From an uncultured Gammaproteobacteria bacterium (GTDB taxonomy: Bacteria; Patescibacteriota; Patescibacteriia; Patescibacteriales; UBA12465): DNA of 41,941 nt. The DNA lies in contig CAZSAA010000003.1 in NCBI GenBank assembly GCA_964604915.1, forward strand, positions 1-41,941, given 5' to 3'. The translations under genes and the position numbers were made by a program. Below, one piece after another: positions 7,329 through 14,387 of this stretch. Every line of letters starts with the position of its first letter. Within the stretch, counting starts at the first letter, position 1. The notes below the pieces were generated by a model, which worked only from the letters and a program-made list of their open reading frames with translations, had not been told where the DNA came from and made no database searches.

Positions 7329-9290
7329 CTAAAGCTTTATCTCCTTCCCCTCTTCCATCGGCCGGGCGCCCCCTTCATCTATAACATCTCGCCTCTCTTC
7401 TCTTGGCGGTTGAGGCGAAGCTGGCGCTTCTTTTTTCTCTCCCTCCGCTTCAAGCTCCGGTTTAGCTACCCGCTTTTCTTGAACAATCTTGCGGCCGCGA
7501 AAATCAACCGGACTCACTTCGGAAAGCGCGCTAAGAAGCATCTCAGCTGGACTTTGTTGCTCGGGCATATGCGTCTCTTCCTTAGCTGCCTGAAGCTGTG
7601 AAGGACGGAAAGGCGCAGCCGGACGCGTTTGCGGCCGGGCCGGACGGTTATCTTGGTGATTACTTGTTCGATTATCTACCCGACGGTCATTATTGGAAGG
7701 CGCATTATTCGCGCGCATGTCCCGATTGCTACTATCGACCACATTAGCTGGGCGTTCTAAACTACGCCGACTATTTTGCATAGGGGGGCGCTTGCGGCTC
7801 GCCACCATCTGATCGCGCTCCTCCTTCTTCATGCTTAGGCATTGGCGGCAGAAGACCGGACGGATGCCGTCCGGCTTGAACCTAGTCTCAATCTCCGTAC
7901 CACAAGCGTCGCAGATAGCGCGATAGGTGGGACCGTCAAGGGGAGCGGGCGAATATGGTGTAGCCGGTCGCGCTCCCGGTGTCCGAGCTGGCGCCGCAGC
8001 ATTTATACTATCGCTATATTCCTCATGCCAACGGATTATCTTCTCTTCCACCTCTGCTTTCGGCGTAGCATATTGCTGCCGAGAATATTGGATAACCTTG
8101 CTGGTATTGCCGGTCTTATACTCGCTGGGCAAGGGCGGCAAGCCGCGTGCCGAGAAAGGCTCAGAAGCGACGCCATCGATCATAAGCTTGAGACACATCT
8201 CGTATTTAGGCAGATTGACGATATCTTCTTCAGTAAAGGTGGGGGTGAACTCCTTGACCAATTCTTCAGCATCAGCCGCGCCAACCCGGAACACAGCCAA
8301 AGTACCAACGTTGCCGAATACGGCCGCCTTGACGGTATCGCCTAGCTGCTCGATATATTGATGGGCTAGAGTCAGATCCAAGCGATATTTACGGGCCTCG
8401 GACAAAATGTTGGCAAAACTGTCGGTCGAAAAATTCTGGAATTCATCGATATAGAGATAGAAGTCCTGACGATCCTGTTCCGGAATATCGACCCGGCTCA
8501 TGGCGGCTAACTGAATCTTGGTAATCATCATGGCGCCGAGCAAGGCGGAGTTATCTTCGCCGATGCGCCCCTTGCTCAGGTTCATGATCAGGATCTTCCG
8601 GTTATCCATTATCTCCCGCAAATCAATGGTAGATTTTATTTGGCCGACGATATTACGCATGAAGGCGCTAGAGAGGAATTGGCCAACCTTGTTCTGGATA
8701 GGGGAAACGGCTTCTGAGGCGAATTTATCGGCATAGGAAGCGAACTCTTTCTCCCAGAAGGACTTTACTACCGGATCAGTGATATTGGAAACCACCTTCT
8801 TGCGGAAGGCCTTGTCGGAAAGCATACGCACGACGCCCAACAGGGTCGAGCCAGGAAAATCCAAAATCGCCAAGATGGCATTGCGCAAAATATATTCTAG
8901 ACGAGGCCCCCAAGAATCGGCCCAAAGCTTCTGGAAGACGCCGATCAGTCCCGAAGCCACCAAGTGTCTCAGATGAGGGTCGACCTGTTCGACCACATTG
9001 AAGGCGATCGGGAAGTCGATATCGGACGGATTGAAGTATACGACGTCCTTGATGCGGCTATCCGGAATGTATTCGATAATTTTCTCGGCCAGATCGCCGT
9101 GCGGATCAACAACACCGACGCCGCGGCCAGCTACGATATCGGAGATAATCATGTTCTCCAAGATAGTCGATTTGCCCATGCCGGTCTTACCAATCAGATA
9201 CATATGACGCCGCCGGTCATCATTCTTGATGCCGAAAACCTTATTCTGATTACGATAGGTTGTCTGGGCGAAAGCGGCGATGTTAGACAT
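7329..9290 (-). CDS. Soluble VirD4/TraD/TrwB-like P-loop ATPase with C-terminal CxxC-x17-CxxC zinc ribbon and basic disordered tail
   Basis: Walker A GKTGMGKST and Walker B FYLYIDEFQNF. The ARKYRLDLTLAHQY block is typical of coupling-protein/TraG-D_C-type ATPases. No TM helix. C460-x2-C463-x17-C481-x2-C484. The last ~170 aa are rich in R/P/N/Q/E. Confidence 0.7.
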   Translation of the reverse strand: MSNIAAFAQTTYRNQNKVFGIKNDDRRRHMYLIGKTGMGKSTILENMIISDIVAGRGVGVVDPHGDLAEKIIEYIPDSRIKDVVYFNPSDIDFPIAFNVVEQVDPHLRHLVASGLIGVFQKLWADSWGPRLEYILRNAILAILDFPGSTLLGVVRMLSDKAFRKKVVSNITDPVVKSFWEKEFASYADKFASEAVSPIQNKVGQFLSSAFMRNIVGQIKSTIDLREIMDNRKILIMNLSKGRIGEDNSALLGAMMITKIQLAAMSRVDIPEQDRQDFYLYIDEFQNFSTDSFANILSEARKYRLDLTLAHQYIEQLGDTVKAAVFGNVGTLAVFRVGAADAEELVKEFTPTFTEEDIVNLPKYEMCLKLMIDGVASEPFSARGLPPLPSEYKTGNTSKVIQYSRQQYATPKAEVEEKIIRWHEEYSDSINAAAPARTPGARPATPYSPAPLDGPTYRAICDACGTEIETRFKPDGIRPVFCRQCLSMKKEERDQMVASRKRPPMQNSRRSLERPANVVDSSNRDMRANNAPSNNDRRVDNRTSNHQDNRPARPQTRPAAPFRPSQLQAAKEETHMPEQQSPAEMLLSALSEVSPVDFRGRKIVQEKRVAKPELEAEGEKKEAPASPQPPREERRDVIDEGGARPMEEGKEIKL

Positions 9291-9298
9291 ATGAAGCT

Positions 9299-9529
9299 TT
9301 AATTAGAGAAGAAAGGAAGATAGGTATTAAGGAATCCGCTGATTATAGGGGGGAGATAGATGACGCCGAGAACGACTGGGATGGCGATGAGCAGCAATCT
9401 CAGCCCCGACATCCGTTTCTGCCAGAGGATAAAACGGCGGATATCCGCGATATCTCGGGTTAATGCCTCTAAACTAGCTTGATTATCGCTAATCAATCTA
9501 GCCAGATCCGGTTTTTCTTCATTTTCCAT
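9299..9529 (-). CDS. Small membrane protein (hypothetical)
   Basis: 76 aa with a charged N-terminal helix and one long hydrophobic segment (LRLLLIAIPVVLGVIYLPPIISGF). The stop lies 8 nt upstream of the ATPase start. Confidence 0.5.
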   Translation of the reverse strand: MENEEKPDLARLISDNQASLEALTRDIADIRRFILWQKRMSGLRLLLIAIPVVLGVIYLPPIISGFLNTYLPFFSN

Positions 9530-9532
9530 ATA

Positions 9533-10255
9533 TTAGCGGCGGACTTGGCAGTTAGGCACGAATCTTTGGCCTATCTTCGCCAAATCATCCATTTTAACGG
9601 CGGTAAACGCCTGTTTGTTACGGAAAGAACCATTTACCAATTCCGTATCAGACTTGAAATCTTGTAGGTACCAGGCCCTTGCCCCTTCGATAAGGCGACC
9701 CATCGCCTCGATATCTTCCTCGTTGAGGAGCTGCGGTACGAGCGTACTGCGAAATTCATAGGGCAAGCCGCTCTCCTTTATAATTCTAACACTTTTTTCC
9801 AAACGAGGTAAATCGACCGGGGCGCCCACTACCTGTTCATACTTATCCAAAGGCGCCTTGATGTCCATAGCGATATAATCGATCAACTTCTCTTTTATCA
9901 GATATTCCAACATATCCGGATTAGTACCGTTACTATCGAGTTTAACGTCGTACCCCAAATTTTTAATCTGCCGGATAAAATCTGGCAAATCCGGGTGCAA
10001 GGTGGGCTCCCCACCGGTAATCACTACTCCATTTAATTTTTCTTTCCGCTCGGCTAAGAAAAGAAAAAGGTCATCTTGGCTCCAGCCGAGATAACCTTTC
10101 TCTTTTATACTATCGCTTGATTCTGACCGGGGCCAGACAAGCTGGGGATTGTAACAGAAGTGGCAGCGGAAATTGCAGCCTTGGGTGAAAACTATCGCTG
10201 CCAAATGGCCGGGATAGTCGATTAGGGTCAATTTTTCTAAACCTCCGATTCTCAT
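9533..10255 (-). CDS. nrdG: Anaerobic ribonucleoside-triphosphate reductase activating protein (radical SAM)
   Basis: CNFRCHFCYN (CxxxCxxC) cluster motif, GGEPTL, about 240 aa. I prefer the ATG at 10255, preceded by AAAGGTGGGA, over the track's GTG at 10273. Confidence 0.85.
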   Translation of the reverse strand: MRIGGLEKLTLIDYPGHLAAIVFTQGCNFRCHFCYNPQLVWPRSESSDSIKEKGYLGWSQDDLFLFLAERKEKLNGVVITGGEPTLHPDLPDFIRQIKNLGYDVKLDSNGTNPDMLEYLIKEKLIDYIAMDIKAPLDKYEQVVGAPVDLPRLEKSVRIIKESGLPYEFRSTLVPQLLNEEDIEAMGRLIEGARAWYLQDFKSDTELVNGSFRNKQAFTAVKMDDLAKIGQRFVPNCQVRR

Positions 10256-10325
10256 AGTATTATCAGTTCCCACCTTTCCGCGGCTTAGAAGATTGCCCCG
10301 ACCAAAGGCGGGTATTTATCCTCCT

Positions 10326-10490
10326 TTAGCGGTTCTCGCAGCTGCAATCAGCCACCTTGAAGAAGCGCCTATCCTTATACTCGGCCGCTTTGCCTTTGTT
10401 ATAGTTCTTGACCGGGGTAAGCCATCCTACCACGCGGCTATATACGATGCACTCTTGGCGCTCTAATTTGACTGGACTCATATCCTTCAT
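10326..10490 (-). CDS. Stand-alone 54-aa ORF encoding the class III RNR glycyl-radical domain
   Basis: Not in the ORF track because it is shorter than 60 aa. Translation is MKDMSPVKLERQECIVYSRVVGWLTPVKNYNKGKAAEYKDRRFFKVADCSCENR. The block VYSRVVG(W)LxPVxNYNxGKxxEYxDR matches the conserved C-terminal glycyl-radical region of NrdD (RxxGY...WNxGKxxE). The ATG is preceded by AAGGATGG. Confidence 0.7.
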   Translation of the reverse strand: MKDMSPVKLERQECIVYSRVVGWLTPVKNYNKGKAAEYKDRRFFKVADCSCENR

Positions 10491-10544
10491 AGGCTATAAT
10501 TCCCATCCTTTACAGGATAAAGGAAAAATTACCTGTTAATTAAT

Positions 10545-10573
10545 ATTATAGATTAATTTTGCTGTTCCCGCAA
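10545..10573 (-). promoter_or_regulatory. Candidate internal promoter (TTGCGG-17-TATAAT) at the 3' end of nrdD
   Basis: On the minus strand, TTGCGG (10568-10573) and TATAAT (10545-10550) are separated by 17 nt. It straddles the nrdD stop codon and lies about 55 nt upstream of the small glycyl-radical ORF. Confidence 0.35.
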
Positions 10574-13500
10574 ACTGAATTCCGCTTCGATCTCATCCCC
10601 CTTATAGCCCATCTCCTCGTCGCATTTGGGGCAATATTTATGTTCACCCGATAGATAGCCGTGCTTGGGACAGATAGAGAAGGTCGGGGTGATAGTGAAA
10701 TATGGCAGCCTATAGTTCTCGACGATACGTTTGACTAGATCCTTGGCAGTATTACCGTCAGGCAGGCGCTCGCCGATATAGCCATGAAGGACCGTGCCGC
10801 CGGTATACTTGGTTTGGAGATCATCTTGCAAGTCGAGAGCGGAAAACACATCTTCGGTAAAGCTGACAGGCAGATGGGAGGAATTGGTGTAATATGGATC
10901 CGCCCCATTATCCCTGACCGCCTTGTCGTTAGCGCAGATGATCTCGGGATACATTTCCCTATCCTTCTTGGCAAAACGATAGGTGCAGCCTTCCGCCGGG
11001 GTCGCCTCCAAATTATATAATATCCCGGTCTCTTCCTGGTACTTGAGCAGATGTTCCCGCATGAAGTCCAGGATTTCCTTGGCGAAGGCCTGTCCTTCGT
11101 CGGTGGTGAGATCCTTACCCAACAAGTTCAAGCAAGCCTCGTTCATACCATTGATACCGATAGTGTTGAAATGATTCTGCCAGTAGGTATTGAAGCGCTC
11201 CTTGATCTGGTCTAAATAATGACGGGAATACGGGTACAGTCCGTCTTCGGTGAATTTTTCAATCACCTTACGCTTGATACGCAGGCTCTCATCGCCCAGG
11301 TTCATGAGCCGCAACAGGCGCTGCTTGAATTCCTCCTTGTCTTTCGAGAGATGGCCGAGACGCGGCAAATTGATAGTGACGACGCCTAAACTGCCGGTGA
11401 GAGGATTAGCGCCAAATAGGCCGCCGCCTCGTTTGCGCAATTCGCGGTTGTCGAGACGTAAGCGGCAATTGTGAGTCAAGATACCGGTGGTACCGACGGT
11501 AAAGACCGGTTCACCGTTCTTTACCTCGAAACAATAAGCAGTGTTATTGCTTATTTTCTCTATCCGTTTAATCTTGACCCAGAGCCGCTTGGTTTTAGTA
11601 TCTTTAAACCAAACCTGTCCGTAATTACTCCGATTCAGCTGATAGAAGAGTACGGCGTAATTCGCTTCCTTGCCAAAGCGGCCTACCCGCTCGTCTTTAT
11701 AGATACTAGTCGCTGTGCCCAAAGTAGCTGCCAACATATTCAAGGTCTCCCTCATCTTTACGGAAGAAGTATAGATACGATGACGATTACCTCCGTCGGT
11801 ATCATAGTGGCCAGCTAAAACCGCTTGGCGGAAAGCAAGACTGGTACCGAACAATCTAGCGCGATAATGCTTATCCCTCTCCTTCCCTTCTACGAAATCT
11901 CGACAAAGGCCGACTGCGGCAGCTGAATGAATCTTAAGACTAACCAATTTAGATTTATCATATTCCTTTATTACGCTAGCCGCCCCGAAGTAATCGATCG
12001 CAATCTTAGTCAATTTAGTAATTACTTTAGGTTTAAAAGTCTTCTCTAATGAGAAAACTACGGTGACGTCTCCATCAAACGAGCCGTCCCCAGCATAAGC
12101 ACCGACTAGATACCCTAGATCGGGATTACCGCCTTCACCATTATAGGCATTCAAAGAGTATGGAAGATACATTCCGGACGTTAACTCACCTCCCTTTAAG
12201 ACTGCTTGCTTAGCATCCTTATTTGCCTTAATGAAATTAAGGTGTTCGGTAGTCATCTTTATCTCATGACCGTTATCCAAAACCACTTTGATCATTGACT
12301 GACGCAAGAAACGATTAAAATGTCCTTTGACAAAACGCCCATCACTATAAATTTCATATTCCTCTTTTGATCCGTTACCATTAAAGATATTTTTGATCTC
12401 ACAATACTCCAAACCTCGCCCGCGAGAAGAGCGTATGAGCACTTTCTCATCACCGGCCAAAGGACACATAGAACGCGCGTCATCAGGGTTCATGTCAGAA
12501 TTGACGAAATTCGAGAAATACGGGATGCCATATTTAGCAGTCATCTCCCACATCGGCTCGAGCGACTTGCGACTCCAATCGAAATTCTTATCGATGTTAT
12601 AGGTTGGGATCGGAAAACTAAAGACACGTCCGGTAGAGTCGCCTTCCAGCATGACCTGAGCAAAAGCTTCATTGAATAGGTCTATTTCTGGCTGAAAATC
12701 CTTGTATTTTTCCGGCATCATCTGCCCACCGACAATAGCGTTCTCTTCACCCAGAGTTGGCGACGGAGTGACATCCAAGGTCACGTTGGTAAAGGGGGTC
12801 TGGAAACCGACCCGGGTCGGGACGTTCACGTTGAACATGAATTCCTGCAAGCCCTGCTTCACTTCCTTGAAACTCAGGTTATCATAACGGATGAAAGGCG
12901 CTAGGAAGGTGTCGAAATTGGAGAAAGCTTGAGCACCAGCCGCTTCGCCTTGCAAGGTATAGAAAAAATTGACAATCTGACCCAAGGCACTGCGGAAATG
13001 CTTAGCCGGCTTACTCTGCACCTTCTCGCCGACGCCGCCAAAACCGCGGATGAGCAGGTCCTTGAGATCCCAGCCGCAACAATATGGAGCGAGCAAGCCG
13101 AGATCATGAATATGAATATCGCCATTGACGTGTGCCTCCCGGATTTCCTGAGGATATAATTTATTGAGCCAATACCGGGCAGAAACGGCGGAAGCGACGT
13201 AGTTATTGAGGCCTTGGACGGAAAAGCTCATGTTGCTATTCTCCTTGAGGCGCCAATCGGCGCGACCTAAATAATCCTCCATCAGCTTCTCTTCAGCTGT
13301 GAGATTATTAATATCACGCAATTGGCGGTGCTGTTCGCGATAAAGGATATAGCTCTTAGCTGCTTTGATCTGATGGTTCTCAATCAGAGTCTCCTCCACG
13401 ACATCCTGTACTTCTTCCACGGCCGGAATGCTATTCTTGTGGAACTTCTTGTTAAGCAAAGAGATGGCCTTATCGCTGATCTTCTCAGCGAGAGACATGT

Positions 13501-13612
13501 CCTCGATATCCACTGACATCAAAGCATTAAAAATTGCCTTAGTGATCTTCGCTTGGTCGAAGTCGACGATGTCGCCTGAACGTTTGCGAATCTTGGTGAT
13601 AGCTTCCGACAT
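10553..13612 (-). CDS. nrdD: Anaerobic (class III) ribonucleoside-triphosphate reductase large subunit, intein-containing, lacking the terminal glycyl-radical segment
   Basis: N-terminal ATP-cone (aa ~5-95). NrdD core blocks are LAPYCCGWDL, TLQGEAAGAQAF and the RSM|CRLRLD finger-loop region interrupted by the intein. C-terminal zinc ribbon is CPKHG...CPKC. The ORF then stops before any RxxGY motif. Confidence 0.9.
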   Translation of the reverse strand: MSEAITKIRKRSGDIVDFDQAKITKAIFNALMSVDIEDMSLAEKISDKAISLLNKKFHKNSIPAVEEVQDVVEETLIENHQIKAAKSYILYREQHRQLRDINNLTAEEKLMEDYLGRADWRLKENSNMSFSVQGLNNYVASAVSARYWLNKLYPQEIREAHVNGDIHIHDLGLLAPYCCGWDLKDLLIRGFGGVGEKVQSKPAKHFRSALGQIVNFFYTLQGEAAGAQAFSNFDTFLAPFIRYDNLSFKEVKQGLQEFMFNVNVPTRVGFQTPFTNVTLDVTPSPTLGEENAIVGGQMMPEKYKDFQPEIDLFNEAFAQVMLEGDSTGRVFSFPIPTYNIDKNFDWSRKSLEPMWEMTAKYGIPYFSNFVNSDMNPDDARSMCPLAGDEKVLIRSSRGRGLEYCEIKNIFNGNGSKEEYEIYSDGRFVKGHFNRFLRQSMIKVVLDNGHEIKMTTEHLNFIKANKDAKQAVLKGGELTSGMYLPYSLNAYNGEGGNPDLGYLVGAYAGDGSFDGDVTVVFSLEKTFKPKVITKLTKIAIDYFGAASVIKEYDKSKLVSLKIHSAAAVGLCRDFVEGKERDKHYRARLFGTSLAFRQAVLAGHYDTDGGNRHRIYTSSVKMRETLNMLAATLGTATSIYKDERVGRFGKEANYAVLFYQLNRSNYGQVWFKDTKTKRLWVKIKRIEKISNNTAYCFEVKNGEPVFTVGTTGILTHNCRLRLDNRELRKRGGGLFGANPLTGSLGVVTINLPRLGHLSKDKEEFKQRLLRLMNLGDESLRIKRKVIEKFTEDGLYPYSRHYLDQIKERFNTYWQNHFNTIGINGMNEACLNLLGKDLTTDEGQAFAKEILDFMREHLLKYQEETGILYNLEATPAEGCTYRFAKKDREMYPEIICANDKAVRDNGADPYYTNSSHLPVSFTEDVFSALDLQDDLQTKYTGGTVLHGYIGERLPDGNTAKDLVKRIVENYRLPYFTITPTFSICPKHGYLSGEHKYCPKCDEEMGYKGDEIEAEFSLREQQN
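11468..12466 (-). mobile_element. Intein (333 aa) with LAGLIDADG homing-endonuclease domain inside nrdD
   Basis: Starts at Cys383 (CPLAGDEKVLIRS, block A). Block B is TTEH. The two dodecapeptide motifs are LVGAYAGDGS and VLAGHYDTDG. Blocks F/G are AYCFEVKNGEPVFTV...GILTHN, followed by +1 Cys716. Codons at both junctions were checked against the DNA. Confidence 0.9.
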
Positions 13613-13627
13613 GGGAATTTTGCAAGA

Positions 13628-13659
13628 TGATAGATATTTCCTCCTTAAGATATCTATCA
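13628..13659 (-). promoter_or_regulatory. Perfect 10-bp hairpin presenting the nrdD Shine-Dalgarno in its loop
   Basis: Minus strand reads TGATAGATAT-cttAAGGAGGaa-ATATCTATCA. The 5' arm overlaps the nrdR TGA stop. The nrdD ATG is 16 nt downstream. Confidence 0.45.
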
Positions 13660-14127
13660 GCTCTTCTTATTAGTTTTTACCTTTATCAATTTATTAAGCT
13701 CTTTCTGGAACTCCGCCGCATCCTTGAAGGACTCATAGACGGAAGCGTAGCGGATATAGGCCACTTGGTCCGCCTTCTTAAGGTGGCGCATGGCGATAAG
13801 GCCTATCTGGCGGGAAGTCACTTCCGCCTGTCTGAGCTTCTGCAAATCCCGCTCTACGGCGTGGATAAGCTTCTTGAAGCCATCTTCGGTAATCGGGCGC
13901 TTCTCAAAAGCTTTCTTTAGCCCGCCCGCCAGCTTCTCGCGATTATAACTCTCCCGCCGTCCGTCGCGCTTAACTATCATCAAGTCCAAGAGCTCTATTT
14001 CCTCATAGGTGGAGAACCGGAAACCGCACTTTAAACATTCGCGCCGCCGCCTGATAGACAAGCCATCGATAGCTACGCGCGAGTCAACGACCTTAGTGTC
14101 TTCGAAATAACAGATGGGGCACTTCAT
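13657..14127 (-). CDS. nrdR: Transcriptional repressor NrdR
   Basis: N-terminal zinc ribbon MKCPICYFEDTKVVDSR...CLKCGFRFSTYE followed by an ATP-cone. 156 aa. Confidence 0.92.
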   Translation of the reverse strand: MKCPICYFEDTKVVDSRVAIDGLSIRRRRECLKCGFRFSTYEEIELLDLMIVKRDGRRESYNREKLAGGLKKAFEKRPITEDGFKKLIHAVERDLQKLRQAEVTSRQIGLIAMRHLKKADQVAYIRYASVYESFKDAAEFQKELNKLIKVKTNKKS

Positions 14128-14139
14128 AATTGCTTAATA

Positions 14140-14187
14140 ATACAACATTTTGTGCAATTAACTGAGATATACCACTAAATATTGTGT
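14140..14187 (-). promoter_or_regulatory. Tandem NrdR boxes
   Basis: On the minus strand, ACACAATATTTAGTGG (14172-14187) matches 14 of 16 positions and GCACAAAATGTTGTAT (14140-14155) matches 12 of 16. The reference is the NrdR-box consensus acaCwAtATaTwGtgt. Centres are 32 bp apart, the usual tandem spacing. Confidence 0.7.
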
Positions 14188-14196
14188 TCACGTACA

Positions 14197-14225
14197 ATTG
14201 TAGCAAAAAGCAGATAGAGGGTCAA
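14197..14225 (-). promoter_or_regulatory. Promoter of the nrdR-nrdD-nrdG operon (TTGACC-17-TACAAT)
   Basis: On the minus strand, TTGACC (14220-14225) and TACAAT (14197-14202) are separated by 17 nt. NrdR box 1 starts about 10 nt downstream of the -10. Confidence 0.6.
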
Positions 14226-14242
14226 CGCCCGTTTTTATGGGC

Positions 14243-14267
14243 AAAAAAGCGCCTTTGACAAAGCGCC
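14243..14267 (-). terminator. Second hairpin plus T-run downstream of the Fic gene
   Basis: Minus strand reads GGCGCTTTGTCAAAGGCGC followed by TTTTTTG. Confidence 0.45.
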
Positions 14268-14310
14268 GGCAATTCTGTGCATAACTTAAAAGCATAAGAT
14301 ATGGAATGGG

Positions 14311-14353
14311 AGAAAAATCAATCACTGCGGGCTAAAGACCGCAGTGATTGATT
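14311..14353 (-). terminator. Rho-independent terminator of the Fic gene
   Basis: Perfect 15-bp inverted repeat AATCAATCACTGCGG / CCGCAGTGATTGATT with an 8-nt loop. On the minus strand it is followed by TTTTTCTCCC. Confidence 0.75.
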
Positions 14354-14387
14354 AAAACATCTCTCGTCCTGAGCTAGTCGAAGGGCA

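Noticed and set aside
7329-9290. Conjugative element or prophage interpretation of the VirD4-like gene
   Set aside because: The window has no relaxase, VirB4, integrase, att-like repeats or compositional shift around it. The gene is embedded in a housekeeping-looking operon.
10256-10273. GTG-initiated N-terminal extension of nrdG (MGTDNT...)
   Set aside because: The ATG at 10255 is preceded by AAAGGTGGGA at appropriate spacing, and the GTG lies inside that SD. I therefore preferred the shorter form.
10491-10555. Stop-codon read-through or a single frameshift joining nrdD to the glycyl-radical ORF
   Set aside because: The two ORFs are in different frames. The nrdD frame hits a second stop within 8 codons. 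A TAG lies two codons upstream of the small ORF's ATG in its own frame. A single event cannot fuse them, although an assembly error has not been excluded.
14354-14387. Sequence cgtcctgagctagtcgaagggc downstream of the Fic stop, checked as a possible small ribozyme or tRNA fragment
   Set aside because: I could not find conserved hammerhead or tRNA cores or convincing pairing by eye.
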